Below the pieces are notes generated by a model. It was not told the DNA's origin. It saw only the letters and a list, made by a program, of their open reading frames with translations, and did no database searches. A stretch of 64,000 nt of DNA, from IMG/VR virus record IMGVR_UViG_3300031787_007614, positions 124,001 through 188,000 of that record; one strand, written 5' to 3'. The first letter of the stretch is position 1. Every line of letters begins with the position of its first letter. The position numbers were made by a program, and so were the translations under genes. This document shows positions 54,957 through 63,145 of this stretch, piece after piece.

Positions 54957-55920
54957 GTTGTCGTTTCCTTATCTCTATTTTGATTTTACTAGTTTCTCTG
55001 GCTGCCATTATAGTTAGCAAGGTGCCCACACGCCCCATGGCAATCACAGCATTATTGACATCTTTGCAGCCTTTGGGCCAGTCGGGTATACTTACCGCCC
55101 ATCCCAGTTCCACAGCACGATCTACCAGTTCTACACCTGCTAGGTCTTGATCAGGCACCACAGTTATGTCTCGACCCAGATTGCGTATCAGTCGGGCCTG
55201 TGCATCACTCACTGTGTTGTGCATCACAGCCACACCACCAATACTCAATGCATCAAATATGCCTTCTGTCACTATCACATTGGTCCAGTCTTTGTGCTGT
55301 AAATCTGTGCCAAACACATAACCTGGTTGGCTGTCTGAAATAAACTTGGGTTGACGGTTGTCTAAAAATCTACAAGTGTATCCTACAATTTTATTTTCGT
55401 ATGTAAACGGAATCACCACATGTGGGCGTGTCCAATGAATACCATCATTCTCTATCTGTACCATAGCAGGAAAATCTTCAGGCACATGTCTACCACGCAC
55501 ATAATCCCAATATGGCCCATGTTCGGGCATCAACAACTCAGCATGTGGTGGCAGGTCTCGTTCTTCAAATGTGAAGCCAGCTAGTTGATTCCAGGCCTGT
55601 TGTCTATCTTCTAGTATGCCATGTATGCTACGATGCCGCAGACTTTCCAAATTGAGCATTTCAATTTCGTTGTCTGGCACACCCATCCATCCTAGTAGTC
55701 TGCGAGCTTTAACACTTAGGGTCCGACCCATAATAAAACTGGCTGTATAGGCGCAATTGAAACAGTGATAACTCCATCCTGCTTCAATAGCTTTGAGCCC
55801 AGCCCGACCTCTTGTGTCTCTGGTGCTGCCATTGTGCTGACAGCAAACCGCATTGAAACTCAACCAACCAGATGGTGTGGGTTTTCTTTTTGCAGGTAGA
55901 TACGCAAGGATGTCAAGCAT
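54937..55920 (-). CDS. DNA primase (T4 gp61-like)
   Basis: Zn finger CC.H..CFNC; TOPRIM TEGIFDA, VPDQD, KDVN. Confidence 0.92.
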   Translation of the reverse strand: MLDILAYLPAKRKPTPSGWLSFNAVCCQHNGSTRDTRGRAGLKAIEAGWSYHCFNCAYTASFIMGRTLSVKARRLLGWMGVPDNEIEMLNLESLRHRSIHGILEDRQQAWNQLAGFTFEERDLPPHAELLMPEHGPYWDYVRGRHVPEDFPAMVQIENDGIHWTRPHVVIPFTYENKIVGYTCRFLDNRQPKFISDSQPGYVFGTDLQHKDWTNVIVTEGIFDALSIGGVAVMHNTVSDAQARLIRNLGRDITVVPDQDLAGVELVDRAVELGWAVSIPDWPKGCKDVNNAVIAMGRVGTLLTIMAARETSKIKIEIRKRQLVKKIQ

Positions 55921-55926
55921 CTATAC

Positions 55927-55955
55927 AGTATAGCAGATCAGCCGGGCTAAATCAA
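55927..55955 (-). promoter_or_regulatory. sigma70 promoter TTGATT-17-TATACT (leaderless primase)
   Basis: The -35 contains the upstream TGA; ATG 6 nt after the -10. Confidence 0.75.
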
Positions 55956-57025
55956 CGATATTGGAGATTGTCAATATATCCAGTGGTAATCATTACCGTG
56001 GCCTGTTGTGTGCCTTGGTATTGAATTGGCAAGTAACCTGAACCGCCATTGGTCACTACAATGGTTGCAATTTGGCCGTCGGCCCCAATGGTGGCTATAG
56101 CTTCTGCGCCAGATCCATTTCCCAAGATTTGAACTTTGGGTGCAGCCACATAATTCTTGCCAGCATTGCTCAAGCTGATTCCTGTGACCACACCCTCAGG
56201 TGAAACCTGTGCTGTTGCTTGCCCGCCAAATCCTTGACTGTTGTTAAAAGCTGCTCGAATCAAGGGATAAAATCCTACCACGTTGAAATACTGTGTGGAA
56301 GTTTCATCAAAAAAGCTATAACTGTCAGTTACATTGTACCAGATAGATTCGTAATCTTGTGCGGCCTGAAATTTCACAGTGCCTGTAAAGTGATCCAGAT
56401 CCATCTTGACTGTTGTCAAACTCTGATGAGATGTGTCAATAAAACTGCTGTAGAATTCAGTAAGTTGCGTGGTATTTACTGGAGGAGGTGTTAGCGCCCA
56501 GTCGGGATAGTTGGTCGGTCCGGGTGTTAGTTGTTGTGCTTTGCCATAAATTGTGGGAATAGTGAGTTCATGACTGGGCACAAACTGCGGTAGCACAGAA
56601 TCCACAATGTTACAGTCACCACGTGCTTGGCTGTTGGCGTCCACATACACTGCTTGTATGTAATCACCAGAAGTGCGCTGTATTGAATAACTAGCTGGTT
56701 GTGCAACTAGATTAATGGTGTCTTCGATGTCCAGCACCACTTTTACTCGTCCTAGTGAATTGCTAAGACTTGTCATGTCTTTTTCCACCAGTACTCTGTC
56801 TCCGTTTTGGCTCATCAAACGAAACACAAATGCAGAGCCAGTGATGTTTACCGGTTTCTGTTCTTGATTGATAAATTCAAAGAGTAGAACATTATCTACA
56901 CCTTTGTTTACAGTTAATTGTTTTGCATACACTGGGTCGTACCTCGCTGTGAAATATCCACCACTGGTGTCAACTAACAAGACTTTGGTAATTTGCTGGT
57001 ATAAGTAAACGGTGGTTGAATACAT
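55952..57025 (-). CDS. Putative baseplate/structural protein
   Basis: BppU-like N-terminus; C-terminal beta repeats (VTGISLSNAGKNY..P, IVVTNGGSGY). Confidence 0.6.
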   Translation of the reverse strand: MYSTTVYLYQQITKVLLVDTSGGYFTARYDPVYAKQLTVNKGVDNVLLFEFINQEQKPVNITGSAFVFRLMSQNGDRVLVEKDMTSLSNSLGRVKVVLDIEDTINLVAQPASYSIQRTSGDYIQAVYVDANSQARGDCNIVDSVLPQFVPSHELTIPTIYGKAQQLTPGPTNYPDWALTPPPVNTTQLTEFYSSFIDTSHQSLTTVKMDLDHFTGTVKFQAAQDYESIWYNVTDSYSFFDETSTQYFNVVGFYPLIRAAFNNSQGFGGQATAQVSPEGVVTGISLSNAGKNYVAAPKVQILGNGSGAEAIATIGADGQIATIVVTNGGSGYLPIQYQGTQQATVMITTGYIDNLQYR

Positions 57026-57045
57026 AGGATCCTCGAACAATATTT

Positions 57046-57423
57046 ATGGGCAATACAATCTTCGATAAGCTGGCAGAAAAATACCCGTTTATTACTCTTT
57101 GCAGTTATGCAAACGCAGAATACGTGGGCATTATACAAAACAGAGATGACAGCGTGACTACCATCTACGACTTTGGATCTGTAGTTGACCAACAAGACAA
57201 AATGTTGTTTTTAGAACTGGCCAATCAGTGGTGGTGGGAAAGCAATAGATCCATCCCCATCAACATATTCCTTCGCCAAGATTGGGACAAATTTAGATTT
57301 ACGTTGCGCACATTTTCCAACAAAGATCTTGAAGTTTTACACGGTCCAGTGTGCAGTTTGATGGACATTGCTCGCAAGAAAAGCAAGCGAAAATCAATCA
57401 CACTTGTGCGGCGTCTTGATTGA
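57046..57423 (+). CDS. Conserved hypothetical protein
   Basis: WWWESNRSIPINIFL. Confidence 0.75.
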   Translation: MGNTIFDKLAEKYPFITLCSYANAEYVGIIQNRDDSVTTIYDFGSVVDQQDKMLFLELANQWWWESNRSIPINIFLRQDWDKFRFTLRTFSNKDLEVLHGPVCSLMDIARKKSKRKSITLVRRLD

Positions 57424-57976
57424 GTAGATTCATGTGTAGTGCGACCAAAGCCGCGTAACTTATACTGTGCGACTTTTTGAATGTGTAACCTTTAGAATCA
57501 TCTCCGTTCCACACTTCGGCAAACACTTCTGTCCACGGGCGATTTTGTAAGTGTGCTTTGCCCGGGCGAATAACTGAGATAAACGCTGCCATTCTGGGTA
57601 TTGAATCTGGCCGCATTGACAGCATCAAGTCTGTGTAATTGCCCACATGAACCAACTGACTAGCCCAAGCAGTATCAGTCCACAGTCTCTGCCATGGTGG
57701 CACGGCTGCCAACATTTCAGCATAGTGTGCAGGGTCACGAATCAACTGATACACACTCATGTTCAACAGATCTATCTTGAAGTATCCACGCTGTTCTGCT
57801 GACTCATAGTCTATGGCTGCACAGCCATTGGGTATGTCTCTAGGAATGTCTGTGACATAGATGCCTGAATTGTGTTTACGCACTTGACCTTGATGCAGTT
57901 GCCGTGCGGCAGTGTGCTGGATTAATTTCAGCACAGCCGTTCTATCCGGCACATCAATGTCAATGTCTGCGCTCAT
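57398..57976 (-). CDS. Miniature DnaE (family C polymerase) catalytic-core protein
   Basis: DIDID, HNSG, GYFKIDLL, RPDS..IRPG, YTFKKSHSISYA are colinear with DnaE. Confidence 0.8.
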   Translation of the reverse strand: MSADIDIDVPDRTAVLKLIQHTAARQLHQGQVRKHNSGIYVTDIPRDIPNGCAAIDYESAEQRGYFKIDLLNMSVYQLIRDPAHYAEMLAAVPPWQRLWTDTAWASQLVHVGNYTDLMLSMRPDSIPRMAAFISVIRPGKAHLQNRPWTEVFAEVWNGDDSKGYTFKKSHSISYAALVALHMNLLNQDAAQV

Positions 57977-58376
57977 AAGTTTCCAAGTATTGTACAGCAG
58001 ATTGCAGTCTTTGTAAATTGTCAGCGAAGTTTCCTAGCCCTAAATTGCATTTATGACACAACCAATTTCTAAATTCGCCAGTAATATGATCATGGTCTGC
58101 ACACCATACTGTTTTCTTTTTTACACTGTATCCGTGTGCTTCTTCTTCATTGCGATTGCATATAGGACATCGATAATTTAATGGCACTGCCGGAGCTGTT
58201 TTTTTTAATTTTGCAACCAATTTACTTTGAGCTCTTGCGCATTCTTTGCATTCATATCTTCTATATTTGGCACCGCCATCAAATCCAAAACATCCAATAG
58301 GTTTTTCGTTACGGCACATCCCACAAATTTTTGTTTGTGTGTTAGCACCTTCAAATAACTTTTGAAAATTATTCAC
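57960..58376 (-). CDS. Endonuclease VII-family (likely free-standing homing) endonuclease
   Basis: CPIC, DHDH.TG, LCHKCNLGLG; N-terminal CGMC..CKEC. Confidence 0.88.
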   Translation of the reverse strand: MNNFQKLFEGANTQTKICGMCRNEKPIGCFGFDGGAKYRRYECKECARAQSKLVAKLKKTAPAVPLNYRCPICNRNEEEAHGYSVKKKTVWCADHDHITGEFRNWLCHKCNLGLGNFADNLQRLQSAVQYLETYERRH

Positions 58377-58732
58377 TTGCTGTCAGTATCGCAAAGTGCA
58401 GTCACCACCTGCAGTTTTTCTTTGGCCAGTTGCACTGCTGCCAATGCATCTGCCACTGTGGGATGTTGTGCTGCCAGGTGCGCAATGCGCCATTCTTCAT
58501 CACGCTTGGCTCGTGCCCAATCTAACAGGGTTTCAGCGTCTGTTGTGAGAGTGATCATAGGATGTGCCGAGTGAATCTGCTGCCACGAATTGCCATCGTT
58601 TACCTCCATACAGTTCATGCCGGAGTTCCATCTCAACATGCCTGCGCCGCTTGCACCTGGACTGATGTATGGATTGGTGAACGTGCCGCCCGACACTTGA
58701 ATGTATTTGCTGCCGCTAATAGATCTAATCAT
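58373..58732 (-). CDS. Hypothetical protein
   Basis: Coupled ORF. Confidence 0.75.
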   Translation of the reverse strand: MIRSISGSKYIQVSGGTFTNPYISPGASGAGMLRWNSGMNCMEVNDGNSWQQIHSAHPMITLTTDAETLLDWARAKRDEEWRIAHLAAQHPTVADALAAVQLAKEKLQVVTALCDTDSK

Positions 58733-59097
58733 AATGCAATTATAGCCACAAGGCCAATGTAAGTCAACTGATGTGCCATCTGATCCAGGCCCAAGTGTGC
58801 CCAGAAGCTGGGATTTTGAAGGTCTCTATTGCCCCAGTTCATTTTGGCCCAGTCAATGTGATAGTGAACCACAGCATCTATCACGCCCATCATGATGCTG
58901 GCGGCCCAGTACACAGGACCTAGCACACATCCAACACACAAGGCTGTGCCAATGCCGTGTTTGAGACTGTGCCGCATGCCCAACCAATGTCCGTATTGGC
59001 CTTTGTGGTTGACTTCCGCCATGCTTTGATCCACAAAGTCAATGTACCAGTGTTTGATCTGTAAAAGTATTAGGGTTAAAAATATCACCGTTTCCAT
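58729..59097 (-). CDS. DUF3307-like membrane protein
   Basis: KHWYIDF, HSLKHG, HYHIDWAK, LGLDQMAHQ. Confidence 0.8.
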   Translation of the reverse strand: METVIFLTLILLQIKHWYIDFVDQSMAEVNHKGQYGHWLGMRHSLKHGIGTALCVGCVLGPVYWAASIMMGVIDAVVHYHIDWAKMNWGNRDLQNPSFWAHLGLDQMAHQLTYIGLVAIIAL

Positions 59098-59098
59098 G

Positions 59099-59770
59099 TC
59101 ACCAACCTGCCTTGCTTAATATATCTTTTGCGTATTCTTGATCAGCTGGATAGTTGTGAAACTTTTTTTGCCACACATCTGAGTCAATGTAGGGCCATAC
59201 CATGCTGATTTGATCAGGAGAGAGTTCACCCAAGAACTGTTGTCCTGACTCTGAATTGTAAATTACCCAAGGTGATATCCTACCTGTTGTGACTGCATAG
59301 CACATGGCCGGTGTGCTGCCATATCGCAAACAGTCCTGTGGCTGTGCTGAATTTTTCTCTGCCCAGTCCATGCCAAACTCTACAGCTCGTGCTAGAGCAT
59401 CTGCCACATTCTCTAATGGCAAGTATTGTATGAGATATTCTGTGTACAGTTGATCACTTGCCCAACGATCGATCTTTTTGTTGTTTTTCAACAGCCACTC
59501 AAGAAACTGTTTGGGATTGATAGTTCTTGTGCTCACACAATAGCGTCCAAACTTCACAAACGCACGATAGTAAGGCGAGTCAGCAAAGTCGTCAAATGTC
59601 TTGAGCCGAGCCGAACCTTGGCTCATTTCATAAAAGCGTATGTAGGCTTGAAAACCCAGTTCCACACCACGCTCCGCTCGTTCCTGTCTGCGCCGTTTGG
59701 GTTCACACACATGCACTGCCAAAGAAGTTTCTTTGATAAAATCTTTCTTGCAGTACTGACACTGGGTCAT
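59099..59770 (-). CDS. Zn-finger-containing replication-region protein
   Basis: CQYC..HVC; ATGA overlap. Confidence 0.7.
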   Translation of the reverse strand: MTQCQYCKKDFIKETSLAVHVCEPKRRRQERAERGVELGFQAYIRFYEMSQGSARLKTFDDFADSPYYRAFVKFGRYCVSTRTINPKQFLEWLLKNNKKIDRWASDQLYTEYLIQYLPLENVADALARAVEFGMDWAEKNSAQPQDCLRYGSTPAMCYAVTTGRISPWVIYNSESGQQFLGELSPDQISMVWPYIDSDVWQKKFHNYPADQEYAKDILSKAGW

Positions 59771-60489
59771 TTTAGTAGATTGTTGTTGTTGATCCATGCA
59801 GTCAAAAACATGTTTAGTTCTTGATGAAATCCTGGTTGCCGATGTGCTATTTCTGGAGGCACATACTGAAGAGCTCCTGGACCATAATCTGTTGCTGGAA
59901 CTCCTCGTTCATGTTGCCATGGTATGGCACGCCACTTGTATCCTTCAACTATTTCAGGTTCACTGTGAAACAATTTTAGTCTTGGTGAATCTAAATAAGA
60001 TTCATATAAATTATCAGCCTGCTGGAAAACTATCACAGCATGGCCTCTAGATTTTAAACTGTGTATCATAGCAAGTATACGATACATGAGATCTTCTGCA
60101 CGATCCAGTATGCTATTCAATTCCCATTTGAGTTTGAGTTCAATCATTGCATCAGTATCTGCTTGTGTCCAGGGAGCATCCCATCGCGAACTCCAGCTTT
60201 GATTTTGAAAATTAGTCCATCGACCTTCAAAATCACTGCTGGCTTGCAAAATTGGCAATTCTTCTCTGCTGACAAATGTCATTCCCAACACATACAACGT
60301 GGGCTGTAGCGTGATGTAACTGTGCTTGAGCGTGGTTCGAATAATACGCGAATTGGCGCTGCCCCCAATGGCCAAACTTATGGCCTGGGGAATTGACAAT
60401 CGTTCTGCTAATTCTTGATGGCCAAATCCGCTGGCATAGCTCTCCATGTAACTACACCCATTAACCACCAGCTGTTGATATTTCATCAT
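59767..60489 (-). CDS. SGNH/GDSL-like hydrolase
   Basis: VNGCSY, AIGGSANSRI, late His (AHRQP). Confidence 0.55.
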   Translation of the reverse strand: MMKYQQLVVNGCSYMESYASGFGHQELAERLSIPQAISLAIGGSANSRIIRTTLKHSYITLQPTLYVLGMTFVSREELPILQASSDFEGRWTNFQNQSWSSRWDAPWTQADTDAMIELKLKWELNSILDRAEDLMYRILAMIHSLKSRGHAVIVFQQADNLYESYLDSPRLKLFHSEPEIVEGYKWRAIPWQHERGVPATDYGPGALQYVPPEIAHRQPGFHQELNMFLTAWINNNNLLK

Positions 60490-60935
60490 GATCCTTCACC
60501 AAATTTTTTGAGATACTCGTTTATTTCTTTTTGTGATGTGATTCCGGCCAGCACACTAATTTCATCATCTTTGAGATGTGGGTAAATTTCTGCCAGTTGT
60601 TTTCGCTTGCCGGTAAGTGTGGCATCTTTTTTCTTGGGAGCAATCCAGTTGTGTCGTTGAGCACCCAGGCCAGGACTCACAGTAGTGGCCAGTAACCATT
60701 GAAGTTTTTTGTGTTTGGTCGTGCTGATGTTAAAAAAATGTTTGTTCAATCGTTCGTTGGTGGCAATCACATAAAACTCTTGAAGCTCTCGAGATCCTTC
60801 CACCGCAGAACCCCAACGTATCATCAAAAAAGGGCTAAACTTTTTGCGTTCTTCATCAGACAATTGATCATAGAACGCTCTGTTCTTGCGATCAAATTGT
60901 TGCATCTCGTTGCCGATGGACAGGTTATCATTCAT
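60486..60935 (-). CDS. Clamp-loader small subunit (T4 gp62-like)
   Basis: KKFSPFLMIRW, NERLN, HKKLQW, WIAPKK. Confidence 0.7.
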   Translation of the reverse strand: MNDNLSIGNEMQQFDRKNRAFYDQLSDEERKKFSPFLMIRWGSAVEGSRELQEFYVIATNERLNKHFFNISTTKHKKLQWLLATTVSPGLGAQRHNWIAPKKKDATLTGKRKQLAEIYPHLKDDEISVLAGITSQKEINEYLKKFGEGS

Positions 60936-61228
60936 TCGGTTTTGGTTAGTTTATAAATCATTATAGCACGTTCTAGTGCGTCTTGTAAAGTGGGATTGGT
61001 ACGAGCTTCTCGCCGAATTTCGCCCCACATCTTGTCTTCCATTAGGTGATCAAACAATGGTCGGCCGTCGCTGGTTCGTTTATCGTAGGATATTTGATGT
61101 CCAGTCATAGGATCATATCCATATCCAACCAGCACACGAGTAGAAGGATCAGCACCTGACTCACGAGCATACACCTCATTACCGTTGCGCTCGTAGATGT
61201 ATGTGGCACCTGGTTTAAGGGTTCCCAT
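60932..61228 (-). CDS. Hypothetical protein
   Basis: Coupled ORF. Confidence 0.75.
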   Translation of the reverse strand: MGTLKPGATYIYERNGNEVYARESGADPSTRVLVGYGYDPMTGHQISYDKRTSDGRPLFDHLMEDKMWGEIRREARTNPTLQDALERAIMIYKLTKTE

Positions 61229-61361
61229 ATTGATAACCGTATTGTAAATGTGCCCAACGCAGGAAACGTTCTAAGCCTTCACGGTCGTCGGGGTAACTTT
61301 CCAGATACACTCTGGCCAAGCGATTGATAATTTCAAATATTTCTGGTTCAGTATAGGGCAT
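61215..61361 (-). CDS. 48-aa hypothetical protein (not in ORF track)
   Basis: MPYTEPEIFEIINRLARVYLESYPDDREGLERFLRWAHLQYGYQYGNP; TAATG coupling. Confidence 0.65.
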   Translation of the reverse strand: MPYTEPEIFEIINRLARVYLESYPDDREGLERFLRWAHLQYGYQYGNP

Positions 61362-61861
61362 TACCAGGCCTTGTTGTAGTCTACAATTTCACAATTGCGA
61401 CTGATGTCCTTTACAAAGTACACACAGTCAGGTTCCGGATCATTATTCAAAGGCACAGCCAACATTTGCCCATTTTTGAGTTTGGGTGCAAACCAGCTGA
61501 CTTCATGATAGACATCTAGTATTTCAATGTCAGGAAAACTAGGCCTATAACTGGTCAGTGGGTTGAATTGAAACACTCTAAAGCCTCGATCATTGATTGA
61601 TGTCAAGGGCAACACTTCCAAGTCACCAATGTCAGGTTCACCTATTAGGATTTGCCAGTCCATGGGCATTTTGAGTGTGATATCACCTATGCGTAAAACC
61701 AAAGCAGGAGCGTTAAAACTCTCCAAGAAGATCAATGGAATAAAGTGATAGTCTGGGTCTGCAGGATTGGAGTTATCTAAAATTGCAAATCTCAAGTCAT
61801 CAATTTCTTCTGGCAAGTGATCCAAGTCGTAGTAAGTGTTATCTAAAGTTAGTATTCTCAT
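61361..61861 (-). CDS. Conserved hypothetical protein
   Basis: ORF track. Confidence 0.8.
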   Translation of the reverse strand: MRILTLDNTYYDLDHLPEEIDDLRFAILDNSNPADPDYHFIPLIFLESFNAPALVLRIGDITLKMPMDWQILIGEPDIGDLEVLPLTSINDRGFRVFQFNPLTSYRPSFPDIEILDVYHEVSWFAPKLKNGQMLAVPLNNDPEPDCVYFVKDISRNCEIVDYNKAW

Positions 61862-61869
61862 ATGTTATC

Positions 61870-61898
61870 AGTATACAGAATTTAATTGACGTTGTCAA
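61870..61898 (-). promoter_or_regulatory. sigma70 promoter TTGACA-17-TATACT
   Basis: -35 at 61898-61893, -10 at 61875-61870; ATG 8 nt later. Confidence 0.8.
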
Positions 61899-62472
61899 GT
61901 TTTTTCATGATCACACCACAATCTAAAGTTTGGTGTACCACAGTCCATCCCAGCGACTGCAAATAAACCACTGCTGGACCGCACTTGCCAATCCAACAGT
62001 CGTTTACGCAATAGGTATCGTCAAATGCTACCACAGCATCGGGACTCAACAAGGGTGTTAATGCAACCATTTGCCGCATGTGCTCAATTTGACAATGTTG
62101 ATTGCTCATTACAATTCCTTGTCCAGCATAGTCATGCATTTGTTGGCGGATGGCTGCACTCACACTATCAATATCCCAGATGTAATCAAAGTTATCCAAA
62201 TATAACACAGCAATGTCGGTGTGGGTATTAGCAAATTCTCTAGCCCAGACAGATCCAGATGCCACAACAAAGTCAGTGTTTGATAACGTGTGAGACAATC
62301 TACTCTGCGCTTTGCTGGAAATGTCCACAGTGATCAAACGAGTGTTGTGTTGTTGAGCCACTTCAGCCAGAGTTTGAGTACTCCCTTCTCCACGGTCGCT
62401 GCCAATTTCCACAAACACTCCACGTGGAGTTTGCGGCAGAAAGTTATTGATGTCTTTGTATATTTTGCCCAT
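61882..62472 (-). CDS. SAM-dependent methyltransferase (Methyltransf_24-like)
   Basis: VEIGSDRGEGST, LYLD, AFDD, GKCG. Confidence 0.75.
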   Translation of the reverse strand: MGKIYKDINNFLPQTPRGVFVEIGSDRGEGSTQTLAEVAQQHNTRLITVDISSKAQSRLSHTLSNTDFVVASGSVWAREFANTHTDIAVLYLDNFDYIWDIDSVSAAIRQQMHDYAGQGIVMSNQHCQIEHMRQMVALTPLLSPDAVVAFDDTYCVNDCWIGKCGPAVVYLQSLGWTVVHQTLDCGVIMKKLDNVN

Positions 62473-63145
62473 GTATTATTTGGTGTATGTTGTTGGCAAC
62501 TGTTTGCTGAGTTGCACGATCCGTGTGAAACGGTGTGTCGACGTTGGGATTGTTGCCACTGAAATCATAAGCGACTTTTCCCACATTATCATTGTTGAAA
62601 AAAACAGGCAGTACACCTGCATCCAAGATCTTGTTGTGCCAAAATTCAAACAACCATCCATCAATGGTGTCTTGAAAATTGTAGTTCATAAAATACTTCA
62701 TGTACAGGTCAACAGCAACAAGTTGTTCTTTGGTAAAATCAAAAAATGGACTGTTTTCTAAATTCTGCCACACAGTGGAAAAAATTGCAGCCTTGCTATC
62801 GCCCACATGCGGCGAACCAGTGCTGGGCATGTGCGGATTAGAATAGATAAAATTCTTTAGGCCTTGAGACGGCTCAAAGTTGTCATGCATGGACAAGTTT
62901 ATTCTGCTGGCCCATGTGCGATTGTAGACCACAACATCAGCTCCAAGCTCAAGGGCTTTTTGCATTTGAAAAAATATTCCAGCATTGCTAAATCCGCCAT
63001 GCGCTAGATGGATAACTTGATAGCCATATTGGTCTTCAAGCATCTGACTAAAATGCGCTCGCAGTCCCACCTCTTTGAGATCAACAGTTGATGCAGTACA
63101 AAAACTGTCTCCGCACACTGCAACAGTTATTTTATTTTCATCCAT
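62444..63145 (-). CDS. SGNH/GDSL-like hydrolase
   Basis: VCGDSF, LAHGGFSN, DTPFH. Confidence 0.55.
   Translation of the reverse strand: MDENKITVAVCGDSFCTASTVDLKEVGLRAHFSQMLEDQYGYQVIHLAHGGFSNAGIFFQMQKALELGADVVVYNRTWASRINLSMHDNFEPSQGLKNFIYSNPHMPSTGSPHVGDSKAAIFSTVWQNLENSPFFDFTKEQLVAVDLYMKYFMNYNFQDTIDGWLFEFWHNKILDAGVLPVFFNNDNVGKVAYDFSGNNPNVDTPFHTDRATQQTVANNIHQIIHGQNIQRHQ

Noticed and set aside
57398-58732. mini-dnaE as a frameshifted or HEG-interrupted full-length dnaE
   Set aside because: Flanking ORFs show no PHP, finger or OB motifs, so no remainder is adjacent
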